Shown here: positions 1 through 13,156 of the stretch, piece after piece
How the letters are laid out: each line of letters starts with the position of its first letter
How positions within the stretch are numbered: the stretch's first letter is position 1
Assembly: GCA_951406725.2 (NCBI GenBank)
Contig: OX597823.1
Span: 101,370,001 to 101,434,000 of the forward strand
Direction: 5' to 3'
Source of the DNA: Octopus vulgaris
Taxonomy: Eukaryota
DNA length: 64,000 nt
Notes under the pieces: generated by a model
Databases searched by the model: none
Told to the model about the DNA's origin: nothing
What the model saw: only the letters and a program-made list of their open reading frames with translations
Program-made: the position numbers and the translations under genes

Positions 1-273
1 ATCTGTCTATCTGTCCGTCTGTCGTCTGTCTCTGCATATATACGTATATGTGTGTGTGTATTTATATCTCAATATATGTATGCAGGTATGTATGTATTTA
101 TATATGTACGTATGCCTGTGTGTATAATCCTCTGTCTGTAAACTTCGTGTAAACTACCTGACGATCTACCAAAAGTCCCTTACCTACAGTGAAGATATCG
201 CTCTTTCTTCCTACGTGACTTTGCTAGTAATTTTATTTTACTACTCCTACTCCTCCTCCTCCTCCTCCTCCTC

Positions 274-360
<87 letters not shown>

Positions 361-489
361 GTCGTTCTCCAAGTTTCATTCCGTTTTCTCACTTCTTCCA
401 TTCAATGACTGATATAGTCTCGACCTCAACATTGCCATTCCTCTCTCCCTCCTTCCATCTCTCCCTCTCTGCCCCTCTCTCTCTCTCGG

Positions 490-524
<35 letters not shown>

Positions 525-545
525 GTCTATCTATCTATCTATCTT

Positions 546-584
<39 letters not shown>

Positions 585-607
585 CTCTCTATATATATAC
601 GTCCATC

Positions 608-652
<45 letters not shown>

Positions 653-662
653 TTATAGAAGG

Positions 663-713
663 AGCTTCTACAGGACTAGAACTGTTTCATTCAAGAGAAA
701 TCATCAGGAAGCT
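663..713 (-). ncRNA. Type I hammerhead ribozyme in 3' pLTR
   Basis: Minus strand reads AGCTTC-CTGATGA-tttctcttgaat-GAAA-CAG ttctagtc CTG-TA-GAAGCT. Confidence 0.85.
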
Positions 714-1052
714 AGTTAACAAGAATTGTATTGGCATTTATACATTTAGGCAGGTTTAAAGGGGTGGTGGTGGGGGACTTTTTGGGGGTAGGCATAGCGC
801 AAAAATATCATACTTGGGGGAGTGGTCAAGGAGTCAGTGGTAAAATAGATAAAAGAATAAATAAAAAAATAAAAGAATAAAAAAATATATAGAAAAATAT
901 ATAGAAGAATAGAGTTTTAGGTAAATAAGGAGATTCTCACTTATACATATACACATATGTATATATATACACACACACACGCACACATATACATACACAC
1001 ATACATACACACACACACACATATATATATATACATATATGTATAAATACAC

Positions 1053-1108
<56 letters not shown>

Positions 1109-1298
1109 ATATGCACACATACATATGCACACATATATACACACACACATGTATATATACACACACGCCCACACATACATATACACACAAAAAAATATAT
1201 ATACATACACACACATACACATACACACATACACACACATATATGTCTACATACACACATGCACACACAAGTCCATATATACACATACATATATATAC

Positions 1299-1345
<47 letters not shown>

Positions 1346-1763
1346 CATATACACACATATATGTGTACCTATACATACCTATACATACACACATATATAC
1401 ATACAAATACAAACCCATTCCCTAATTTTAATTTTATTATTATCTTCATTTATTACTTTTGTTATCTTTGACCGCGGGTCACAAGCATCTTGGCTACGGC
1501 AGCAAGTCCATTTATCTTTCTGCTCGAACACAAGCACTCACTCACGCACGCACACTCATTAGCACGCACACTCACTCATTCGTACACTCATACACATACA
1601 CGCACGCACGCGTTATATTCATACATACATACATCTACATACATTCACATATATACACATACGTACGCGTACCTACAGATTCATGTCTACACGCTTAGAA
1701 GACTAGTCCATACATATACACCAATAAATATATATACTCACATACATATACACCTACATACTA

Positions 1764-1804
<41 letters not shown>

Positions 1805-1921
1805 CGCGTATATACATCCATACATACATACATATATACACATACACACACCCACACATATACATATACATACATATACGCGCATACATACACATACATA
1901 TACATACATATACTCATACAC

Positions 1922-1953
<32 letters not shown>

Positions 1954-2342
1954 ATATATATATATGCACACACACATACATGTACATACATACATATACA
2001 TATATACACACACACACATACATACACATATACATACACACACATACACATATACATGCGTACCCATATACACACACACACGCGCGCATCCGTATATACA
2101 CATAAGTACACACATGCGTAAAAGTATACATATATCTATACATATGCTTACACATACACACACACACACGCGCCTCCTTATGTTCATATACTTACATGCA
2201 TACTCAAAAAATAAATAATAAAATATATATACGTGCAGTTATTCATATACATACATGCATATTCAAAAAATAAATAATAAATATTAAGTATATATTTACG
2301 TGCAGTTACCTATTATACAGACGGATACATACATATAAACTT

Positions 2343-2416
<74 letters not shown>

Positions 2417-2577
2417 ACTTACACATATGTACATATACATACATACATACATAACTCAACGTACCTACATATACATAAACACACGAGCGTACACGTATAT
2501 GTACATATACACATACACATACACACACATACATACATATATATACATACACACATACATATATATACATATATATA

Positions 2578-2613
<36 letters not shown>

Positions 2614-2638
2614 CATATACATACACACACATACACAT

Positions 2639-2687
<49 letters not shown>

Positions 2688-2894
2688 CATACATATACAT
2701 ATACACACATACACACACTCACACATATATATATATATACACACACACATACACACACATACACACATACACATACATATATATTTGTGTATATATATAT
2801 ATATACACATATACACATGTGTGCATACATACATACATACTCATACACGCACACACACTTACACATACATATATACACACACTTACACACATAC

Positions 2895-2941
<47 letters not shown>

Positions 2942-3087
2942 TATACACACACATTCACATATATATATATATATATATATATACCCACGCATACACATAC
3001 ACACATATCTACATATATACATACACATCCACACACATACTCACACACACACATATATATACATACATACACACACATACATATATG

Positions 3088-3123
<36 letters not shown>

Positions 3124-3401
3124 CACATGTGTGTATACATACATACATACTCATACACACACACACGTGCACATACACACATATATATATATATATACAT
3201 ATATATATACACGTATATACACATAAGTACATACATGCATAAATGTATACATATTTCTATAGAGGTGCATACACATACATACACTCACGCGCCACCTTAT
3301 ATACATAAATACATACATGCATACAAACGCATACTCAAGTAATAAATAATAAGTATATATACATGCAGTTACCCTTTATACAGACGGGAACATTCATATA
3401 A

Positions 3402-3496
<95 letters not shown>

Positions 3497-3651
3497 CATA
3501 CACACATATATACACATACACACATATATATATATACATATACATATATACACCTATCTACATATATGCACACATACACACACACATGCACATACGTATA
3601 ACTCTACATACCTACACATACATATATATATATATATACACACACACATAC

Positions 3652-3683
<32 letters not shown>

Positions 3684-3877
3684 GTATACACATACACACA
3701 TATATATACATACCCATCTACAATCTGTATATACACACACATACATGCACATACACATAACTCTACATACCTACATATATATCGACATACTCGCGTACAC
3801 TCATATATATATACATATCCACACATATGTACATATATATATATATATATATATAAATATATACACACACATACATA

Positions 3878-3909
<32 letters not shown>

Positions 3910-4468
3910 TACACATACATATATATATACATACATATATATATATATATATATCAACAATTGAGGGTAAAGTTAATTAGTTATTAATCAATTTCACCAA
4001 GTATTCAGTATGTAAAGGGACCATTATTTTTGAGTAAACATTGTCTGAGAGAAATTTTCTTTAAGTAGTGGAAATGGCTAAAAAACTTTTTGGGCTGCTA
4101 TTTCTAGAAAGTTCAGTATGTGGCAAAGTAATTTATTTTACTAAGCCCTAATTATATAATATTTTATATATACATACATATATATACACACATACACATA
4201 CATATACATATGCGTACACTCACATATACATATATACATATATACACACACACACGCACACACACATATATATATATTTACATACATACACACGCACACA
4301 CACATAATACATGCGTATATTCCTACTATACCCATACATTTCTATACATATATACGATACACATATACAAGCGTACACATACAATATGTGAAAGGTCTTA
4401 GGAGAAAAGGTAATCGGGGGTGCTAGGGGAACGGTGGGATTGGGGGTGGTGGTTGTGGGGGGGTGTCA

Positions 4469-5458
4469 TCAATCTGGTTGCCGGGTAGGTCTATAGTTCT
4501 TGTAGTTTGCATAATTCTTATGCTTGCAATTTGGGGAGTGTTCTGAGATCTTGTTAAGGAGAGGGCCTTTGGCGAACAAGATCTCTAGGCTCTCCGAAAT
4601 GCAAAGGTCACAGCAGGTATGGCCTCCTGTGTACGAACGCGCCTTCTGTAGTAGTTTCCACTTGGTCTTGAAGGGGATGGAGTTCCTTTTAAGGTACCAG
4701 ATGTGGGCGGCAAGGGTAGTTTGGTTGGATTTATCTGGTCGCCGGAACGAGTGTGTGTGGGCGTACCAACGGGTCTTAAAGCTGTTTGACGTCATTCCGA
4801 TGTAGGATTTTCTTTTATCATCAGGGCCTGATCTTACCTCGCATGTATATACGAGGTCCCTCTGTAGGCAGTTGTTGTTGAGGGGGCAAGTGGTTTTATC
4901 AGGGCAGTTGCAATTGCTATCGGATGTTGGATGGGCCTCGGAAAAAGTAGATATATTAAGTTTTTTCACATTGTTGTTGGCTAGGTTCCTGGCTAGATTG
5001 GGCGTGGTAGAGTAGGAGAGTCTAATAGTGTTCTTATTTAGGATAGTGTAGTACTTATGTTGGGTGGGGAAGTGTTTCTGTAGGAGAGTGAAGAATATTT
5101 TAGCTACAGGTGTAGCGACCTCACGGTTGAAGGGGGGGGTTGTACCATTAATGTGTCTTCGTCTATTTTTCCTGGGTTGGCGTGGGGCTATACTAGTATA
5201 GGTAATCTTATCTTTAAAGCCACTGCGGGCCAGGGCCTCGTTGTAATAGGGGGCTGCGGCCTTAAAGATATCTTCCGTGGCGGACAGGCTAGAAATTCTA
5301 ATTGAGACACTTTTTACTAGGTTATCTAATATATTTTTGGGGTGGTTGGAATTAATGTCTATATATCTAAGGGATTCATTTGGTTTGTGGTACGGGTAAT
5401 AAAGTGAGGTTTTTAAGTCGAGGGTAACATCTAGGAAGTTAGCTTTGGTTAAGTTGGA
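4469..5458 (-). pseudogene. PLE ORF C-terminal part: end of RT (FLDVTL), Cys-rich linker and GIY-YIG endonuclease
   Basis: Motifs FLDVTLDL, YHKP, SNHP, CNC..CPLNNNC, LVYTC..SYIGMT..FKTRW..H, CDLC..E. The first ~25 aa of the track ORF come from the inverted pLTR. Confidence 0.9.
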
Positions 5459-5550
5459 TTTTTGCGCTATGCCTACCCCCAAAAAGTCCCCCACCACCAC
5501 CCCTTTAAACCTGCCTAAATGTATAAATGCCAATACAATTCTTGTTAACT

Positions 5551-5601
5551 AGCTTCCTGATGATTTCTCTTGAATGAAACAGTTCTAGTCCTGTAGAAGC
5601 T
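5551..5601 (+). ncRNA. Type I hammerhead ribozyme in inverted pLTR
   Basis: Stem I AGCTTC/GAAGCT, core CTGATGA and GAAA, stem III CAG/CTG, GUA cleavage triplet ending at 5595. Confidence 0.85.
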
Positions 5602-5683
5602 CCTTCTATATAATAAATATTTTTACTCTGCTATGTATTGAGTACCTTATTTACTGTGGTTAACCCCGAATCAACCCGGGACC

Positions 5684-5725
<42 letters not shown>

Positions 5726-5806
5726 AGGTGGTGCTATTAAGTTAGACATGGCCTGGGCTAATAATGGCCGAAACCTATCAAAGTATCAAAGTATCAAAGT
5801 ATCAAA

Positions 5807-5842
<36 letters not shown>

Positions 5843-5852
5843 ATACATAAAT

Positions 5853-5900
<48 letters not shown>

Positions 5901-6094
5901 CCACACACATATACCCTTATGTTTATCAGTTCGCTTTTTTCTCCTCTTCATTGTTTTTGTTCGAGAATACACAGGCGCGCCTCACAAACACACACACACA
6001 CATACTCACACACAAACACACACATATATTTCACAGACGGTATTTTCTTCACCTCCTTTTCCTCGTTTATCTTTCTCACGTACTTGCTCCACAT

Positions 6095-6132
<38 letters not shown>

Positions 6133-6512
6133 TACATACATATATACAAACATACATATGTGTGCGTGTATGTGTACAAATGTCAAACACAAACATACAC
6201 GCTTACATATAGGAAAGGACCAATACTGACACAAACGCACATACACACACATACAAGAACGAACCTACACCCATAACATGGGCAGTCGGAAGTGTTGTCA
6301 AGAACTATAAAATGTCTTTCCAAACCAACACTATCACTCACACACCTAGACACGTACACACACATACACTCACACACACACCCACACACACACATACACA
6401 CAATCGCCCGCACATTAGCAGACATACAGAACGTCAGACTACACCCAGCCGTCATCATCATCATCGCCCTCATTAATTTCCTTATTTACACTTGCCATTC
6501 TGTTTTACGCTC

Positions 6513-6589
<77 letters not shown>

Positions 6590-6895
6590 TCACACTCTCT
6601 CTCTAAAACGGAAATCATCTGACTCCGATCGAGTTCAGGAATGGTTCTGTTTACTGCGGGCTTTTCTCAGAATCGCCTGTATTAGAATGTAAGCGGTGTG
6701 TTACTTTTGAAGGGCGGCTGGGTAGGGAGTCACGTGTGTGTGTGTGTGTGATTGTGTGTTGTGTATACATAAAGAATAGTGCATGTCGTGTTTATGCATA
6801 CCGATAAGTTAGCATGTGTGTGTATGTGTGTATGTGTGGATGTATTCACGTATATGGGTGATATCAGTGAGTGGGTAATGATAGATACGCGCTCT

Positions 6896-6951
<56 letters not shown>

Positions 6952-6959
6952 TGGTAGTG

Positions 6960-6999
<40 letters not shown>

Positions 7000-7013
7000 C
7001 AGCCGCAGCAGCC

Positions 7014-7066
<53 letters not shown>

Positions 7067-7292
7067 TGTTGTTGTTGCTGTTGTCGCTGCTGCTGCTGTT
7101 GTGGTGGTGATGGTGCTGGTATCGGCGGTGTTGATTTGTTAGAGAGCGGTACGCTGCTCCATGTCTGACGTTGCAGAAAAACGGGTGGAATATGTTTGAG
7201 GTGCGGTTGTGTGCAGGTCTATGTATGTGCTTGTTAGTGTGTGTATGTGTGTATGAATGTGTGTCATGGCTGAGCATAGATAAGTAGTAGTG

Positions 7293-7339
<47 letters not shown>

Positions 7340-8009
7340 TATGGTGGTGGTGGTTTGACGTAGAGAATTATCAGGACTGAGTGCAGTGCGGTCATCCCAC
7401 ATTTCCTCTACCCCGTAACTCGACTGCTTCTTTGACCTATCCTCGGCAACTTCCGTTTTTTTTTTTGTCTTTGTTTCTTTTATATATATATATATATATA
7501 CAATCCGACCTCGGCACGGCTCCATTTACTTTGAACTTCCGTCTCATTTCCTTGAAAAGTGGTAAAAAAAAATACACGACTTTCTGGTCAAGAATTCCTT
7601 CCCACCCAGCCAGACCCTCTCCAGAACCACCAGCCCCTGTGAAACTCAAACACATAAATTATTCCTTCGTGATCCTACATTTATGATCCGTGTTTCCAAA
7701 TGCCTTGATTGCACATCTGCCGGCATAGAAATACCATCATAATAATCTTTTATGTAACTAATAGCAGTTGCTGTTTTGACGATCATCTTTGGAAACATCG
7801 CTATTTGCTTAGCGATATTCTGAGAATTTCACAATTTTTAATTTTTCTAACATTCCCTCGCTACCATACCGTGTATTTCCAAATAGAATACGTTCGAAAT
7901 GAGGCTTACGTAAAGAAAACAACTGGCTAACTGTAGGGATTCACCCATTGTTACTCTCATCTCTGCTTGTTCGATATTTATTCCGTTATTTTCTGGAGCT
8001 TTCATCATC

Positions 8010-8228
8010 ATCATCATTTTGTAGTCTTATTTTTATCACGTGAGCTCACTGCACTAACGAGCACAACCCTGTGTGCCTTGGGTATGTGCTGTGGTTTGTT
8101 CTTATTTTCACTGTATTGAAAGTGCTTTACGTAGAATGTGTGCGATGCCTAGTAGTGTTATTTTCTGTATGTTACATACATTCCTAAGCCATGATGTTTT
8201 GGTTATGTAATTGTCTGAATATTCAAAT
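8010..8228 (-). mobile_element. 3' end of R4/Dong-like RLE LINE remnant, split by the CR1-like insertion
   Basis: Minus strand translates to IQKITLLGIAHILRKALS, matching the C-terminus of the 13335-13928 ORF. The element continues at ~12104. Confidence 0.7.
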
Positions 8229-8231
8229 AAA

Positions 8232-11200
8232 GTTAAGTTAATTTTTTGGCTCAAAAAGCAAAAAGCAAGGCCATGTAGGGGGACATGGAGTTATGTACAG
8301 GGAGGGTGTTCATGCAAAGAGTTCAGGCCATTTCTGGTCAAGAGAGACTTTGAACCGAGCGGTCGTCGGCATCTTCACTATCTCGTCCGGCAGCTTATTC
8401 CACGGATCCGCAACCCGGACGGAGAAAGCCCCTCTCCTTCGATTGAGATGAAATCGTCTCAGATAGAGCTTTTCGGAGTGACCCCCGCAGCCGACGCTCT
8501 GGAGCAGGAGTGAAGAACAGCTCTTTCGAGAGTTTACACTTTCCGCTTATGATGTTGTGAACAAGAATGAGATCACCACGGCATCGTCGTTTTTCTAGAG
8601 AATAAAGGTCGAGCGTCTTCAGCCTTTCTTCATAAGACAAATGCTTGAGACCAAGAATCATGCGGGTAGCCAGCTTCTGGATTCTTTCGAGATGAGGGTA
8701 TGTCTTTGAGGAGATAAGGAGAAGAGGATTGAATTCCGTACTCCAATATGGGTCTCACCAGCGTGACATAGAGCTGTAGGAATATGGCTGCTGTGAGCAT
8801 TCCGAATGACCGTCGAATCAAAAATAGAATCTCCGCGTACTTTGTTGGCAGCATGGACGCACTAGGCCGAAGGCGAAAAGGAAGAATCCACCAAGATACC
8901 CAGGTCCTTTAACTGGTCGGTTCTCTCCAGCAGCAGACGACCCGGCTCGAAATCAAGTTGAGTTGCAGGAGAGGAGCCAACAAGCAGATGACAGCACTTT
9001 GACACGTTCAGACACAGGTCCCATTCGTTAGTCCATCTCCAAACTTGGTGGAGGCATCGACGAAGATCATCTATATCACCGCGAGGAGCGACCAGTTTGA
9101 CATCATCGGCAAATAGAAGGGTGTGTTGCGTGAGGTCGTCGGGCAAGTCATTGATGAAGACTAAAAACAATAACGGCCCAAGCACTGAACCTTGAGGCAC
9201 GCCACTGCTCGCACTGGAGACGTCGGACAGCGAACCATTAACTTGGACTTGGAAGTAGCGATCTGAGAGGAAGGCACCAATCCATCGTACAATATCCGGA
9301 TGGAAACTATATGCTTGAAGCTTGACAAGTAATAGGCGGTGGTTAACCGAGTCAAAAGCTTTGGCAAAGTCCAATAAAACGATGTCAACAGCATCACCAT
9401 CATCCAGGATACGTGTCATCAATTCTTCCATTACCAGTAAGTTGGTCAAGCATGATCTCTTCGGCACGAAGCCGTGTTGGGAATCAGAGATACAGGCTGT
9501 GTTTTGGAGGTGGAGCAACATACTTTTCTTGAGGATGGTTTCGAACATCTTGCTGATTATTGAAGTAAGGGAAACCGGTCGGTAGTTAAGCGGGTCTTCG
9601 CGGCTCCCTTTCTTGAAAATTGGGCAGATTATCGCTGTTCTCCAGTCCGCAGGTATAACACCCGTCGCCAATGACATATTGAATAGAAGTGTTAAAGGTT
9701 CGCAGATGACCGGAGCCAACGCTTTGATAACCTGTGTGTGTATGCCGTCAAGGCCGTGACCCTTGTTGATATCGAGGCCTTGAATAACGCGTTCGACTTC
9801 GTCCCGAGTGATGACCAATCTAGGCATTGGAGGTACCGATCTATCAAATGGGGTGGGGTGGGGGTCACGACCATCATCTTGTTTGAAAATTGTTGAAAAA
9901 GCCTCGGCAAATAACTGACTCTGCTGATAAAGGTCCTCAATCGATACGCCTGTTGAGTCTACCAACGTTGCAATTTGGTTGTTCAAGCGGGAATTCCGTT
10001 GGACATGGGCAAAGAAGGTTTTTGGATTGCGACTGGCGTTTGCCGCGATTCTGTATTCATATCTGAAGCGTTCTTCCTTTTCAATTTTCACGGCTCGGTC
10101 TCGTTGAGTTTTGTACACCTCAAAAGCTGCAGTCGAATCTAGATTTTTGAATTCAGCCCAAGCAATATCTCTGAGTCGAAGTTCTCGTTTAACCTTCTTC
10201 GTCACCCAGGGAAGCCCAACGGGAACTGCTTGGTCAGTCAACCAGATTACATATGATTTGAGGGACGACCATAGTTCGTCAACTGAGGACATCGTCATCA
10301 GGGATCGCCAGTCCAGAAGTGCAGAAGCCTCGGTTAGAATTTCAAGATTGATTTGCAGAGAAGACTCTACGAGGCAGCGAAGTAGTCATGGGCGTAGAAA
10401 AAGTTGTGTGCATGTCGAACTTCAGGACCGCGTGATCACTCTTGGCAAGAGGGGCGCACACAGATAAGCCTGACACTGATCTTGGATAGCGGGAGAATAC
10501 CAGATTCAGCATAGATGGTTGTTGCCTAGACCGATGCCTTGTCGGATATTTAACATGTTGCGATAGAAAACAATCTTCAGCCACGTCAAGAAGGGCTTGG
10601 TCGAACCGGGAAGATGATGTACAAATTGATGCGGGCCAGTCGATCGTGGGAGCATTGAAGTCTCCTAATATCAAACAGTCGTGAGAAGCTGAAACGAATC
10701 TTATCGTTTCGAGTAAATGAGCATCATCCTGGAGGTCGGCAAGAGGCGGCCTGTAGACAGCTAACACGGGCAGGCAAAACCCGGATAGGCTCAGCTTGCA
10801 ATAGACGGCATCGAATTTTGTTGTAGGTTGAGCATTAGTGGGTAGAATACCGCTGAACGGTTTGAGATCAGATTTAACATACACAGCAACACTTCCACCT
10901 TGCCTTTTTCTCTGTCACACCTGAAGAGGGCGTAGCCCTGTAGGTGGATTTCCGAGTCCTTTACTGCTGGAGTCAGCCAAGTCTCGGTGATAGCTATCAC
11001 ATCTGACGAATCACGCATGGCCAGTGTAAATAATTCGCTGAACTTTGGAAATAAGGAGCACAAGTTGGTATAGACGATGCTGAGCTGTGAAGTTTGACGG
11101 ACGGGAATTAGGGAACAAACAGAATAAGGGGTATTAGAGATAGCATCGTTGTCGGGGGTATCTACTTTACTTCGATTCGCCCTCGATTCACTTTCCCTGT

Positions 11201-12103
11201 CAGCACTACAGCATGCGACCAGAGGTAGGACTTGATTATTTGTCCATCTTGGATGCGTAAACCCTTCTCTCCCATCTGTTTTCTCATCTTCAGTTCGGAT
11301 ATTAGGTTTCTCCGGCGAATTCTCTCTCTCAGTGAGTATTCCTCGCGAAAAGCCATATTGGGGTCCTCCCAGGCATGCTTCTGAGCTCTGTTCAGAAAGG
11401 TTGAAGCCTCCTGATCGGAAGAAAAGATTACTCTTATTGGGCGTGGTCTAGTGTCTTCCTAGCCGAGCGACCTTATGGATACTGACATTTTCGTTGACAG
11501 AGAACAATTCTCCAACTAATACGGAAACAAAATTTATGTCATCTTTTAGGCGGTTTGTGCCTGTATCACCGGTGGATTCAGCTTTATCATAAATGATTGC
11601 TGATCTTGAGTGGGCAAATGGTCTTTCTGTTCTCTACTGTGAACTGCGGCATTCGATTCTTCATCGGATAATTTAGAAAGGGCGGTTTCGTAGCCATCAG
11701 ACTTATGTAGGCCTTTGGGGTCGATCGGAATGGGTTTAGTGGTCATAACTTTCCTGCCTGGTTTGGAACTGCACCGCCTCTTCTTCGTTTTGGAGGAGCA
11801 CCACTCCCCAGATGAACTCACATCAAGATCATTCAGAATTGGTTGAGCAATGGCATTGATGGGAAGGACAAATGAAAGAGAATCCAAACAGATTTTATCT
11901 TGAGCAGGTTTCGCAGCTAAATCTGCCCCACTGGAGTTTTGACTACGTTTCTTCTTTTTGGGAGAACAACGGTCTTCAGGTGGGTTTGAGTCTACGCTCC
12001 TCAATTCAGGTTGGGGAACCTCCGGGACCGAAATGGCAGATGAGGAAGAATCCGCACAGATACGATCATGAGTGGAAACGACCGCCGGTTCTTTCGCCTG
12101 ACA
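8232..12103 (-). mobile_element. CR1-like LINE (ORF1 remnant, APE endonuclease, RT), frameshifted
   Basis: APE motifs (IAITETWL, LGDFNAP, SDH) at 10342-11090. RT motifs (YRPVSLTS, LDFAKAFD, GVPQGSVLGP, FADD) at 8862-10298. C-terminal LEKRRCRGDLI. Short AACTT repeat tail. Confidence 0.9.
8395..11090 (-). pseudogene. LINE ORF2 (APE-RT) in five frameshifted pieces
   Basis: Track ORFs 10791-11063, 10342-10884, 8862-10298, 8630-8854 and 8395-8661 are colinear parts of one ORF2. Confidence 0.88.
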
Positions 12104-12490
12104 GCTATTATTACAGGGATTGTTTCTATTTTTAGGCTCCACATTCGAGTTACCTCTATTTTTAGATCTTTGAATGTCGAGAGTTTCTCTGTTTCTTTTA
12201 CAGATAGCTTGTCATCTTTTGGTATTACTACATCAATTAGAAGGCATTTTTTCTTGTGAGATCTCTGACAACTTTATCCGGTCTATTAGCCTTGATTTCT
12301 CTATCTGTGTGTATTGGCATATCCCAGAGTACGGTTGCTTTGTCATTTTCTGAAACCTTTTCTGGGGTGTGCCTATACCATCTTATTTCTGTTGTTGTTC
12401 CATAGTGTTTGCATAACTTCTAGTGTATATAGGTTCCAACTTTGTCACGTCTGTTGATATATTCTTTTTTAGCGAGGACTGGGCATTATT
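12104..12490 (-). mobile_element. R4/Dong-like RLE LINE remnant (endonuclease region)
   Basis: Similar at nucleotide level to 12700-13030 and to the RLE region 13480-13830. Confidence 0.7.
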
Positions 12491-12499
12491 ATTATTGTT

Positions 12500-13080
12500 C
12501 AGTATTCATATTTTTACCAGCTCTCAGTGTCTTGGTTATCTAATGTGGTTTCTTGTGATACTGTATTGAAAGTGTTTTACGTAGGATGTATGCGGTGCTT
12601 AATGGTGCTATTTTCTATATGTTATATATACTTGTTAGTCCTGGTGTTTATGCTATGTATTTATCTGAATATTTTTTTCATCATATCTAATGCACCTACT
12701 ATGATAGGAATTGTTTCTGTTTTTAGACTACACATTCGCGTTTCTAGATCTTTGTATTTTGGAAGTTTCTCCGTTTCTTTTAGAGAAACATTGTCATCTG
12801 TTAGTGATCTCTGACAACTATATCCGGCATACTGGCCTTAATTTCACTATCTGTGTAAATTGGCAAATTTCTCAAAGTATGGTTGCTTTCTCATTTTCTG
12901 AGAACTTTTCTGAAGTATACCTAAAGTATCATTTTTCTGTTGTTATTCCATAGTATTTGCATAGTTTCCAGTGTATGTAGGTCCCAACTCTGTCGTGTCT
13001 GTGAATATATTCCTTCTTAGCCAAGACTGAGCAGCCAGAGAAAATATGATTTATTGTTTCTTGTCCATCTCCACATACTC
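12500..13080 (-). mobile_element. Second R4/Dong-like RLE LINE 3' remnant
   Basis: Degenerate RLE C-terminal coding sequence ending near (TTA)n at ~12486. Confidence 0.7.
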
Positions 13081-13156
13081 TGCTATTACTTGTATTTTTT
13101 CATTACATGTTTTTGGTAATTTCTGGCGGGAAGGATTATTATTATTATTATTATTA

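Larger units (their letters stand above)
650..5687 (-). mobile_element. 5'-truncated Penelope-like retroelement (PLE) with 3' pLTR, long microsatellite-rich 3' region and inverted 5' pLTR copy
   Basis: GIY-YIG ORF at 4469-~5458. 654-806 is the reverse complement of ~5458-5610 and both copies carry a hammerhead. Both ends abut (TA)n. Confidence 0.85.

Noticed and set aside
834-4401. Long YI/HT/CV-rich ORFs here and throughout the window
   Set aside because: They are translations of (TA)n, (CA)n and (TACA)n microsatellites.
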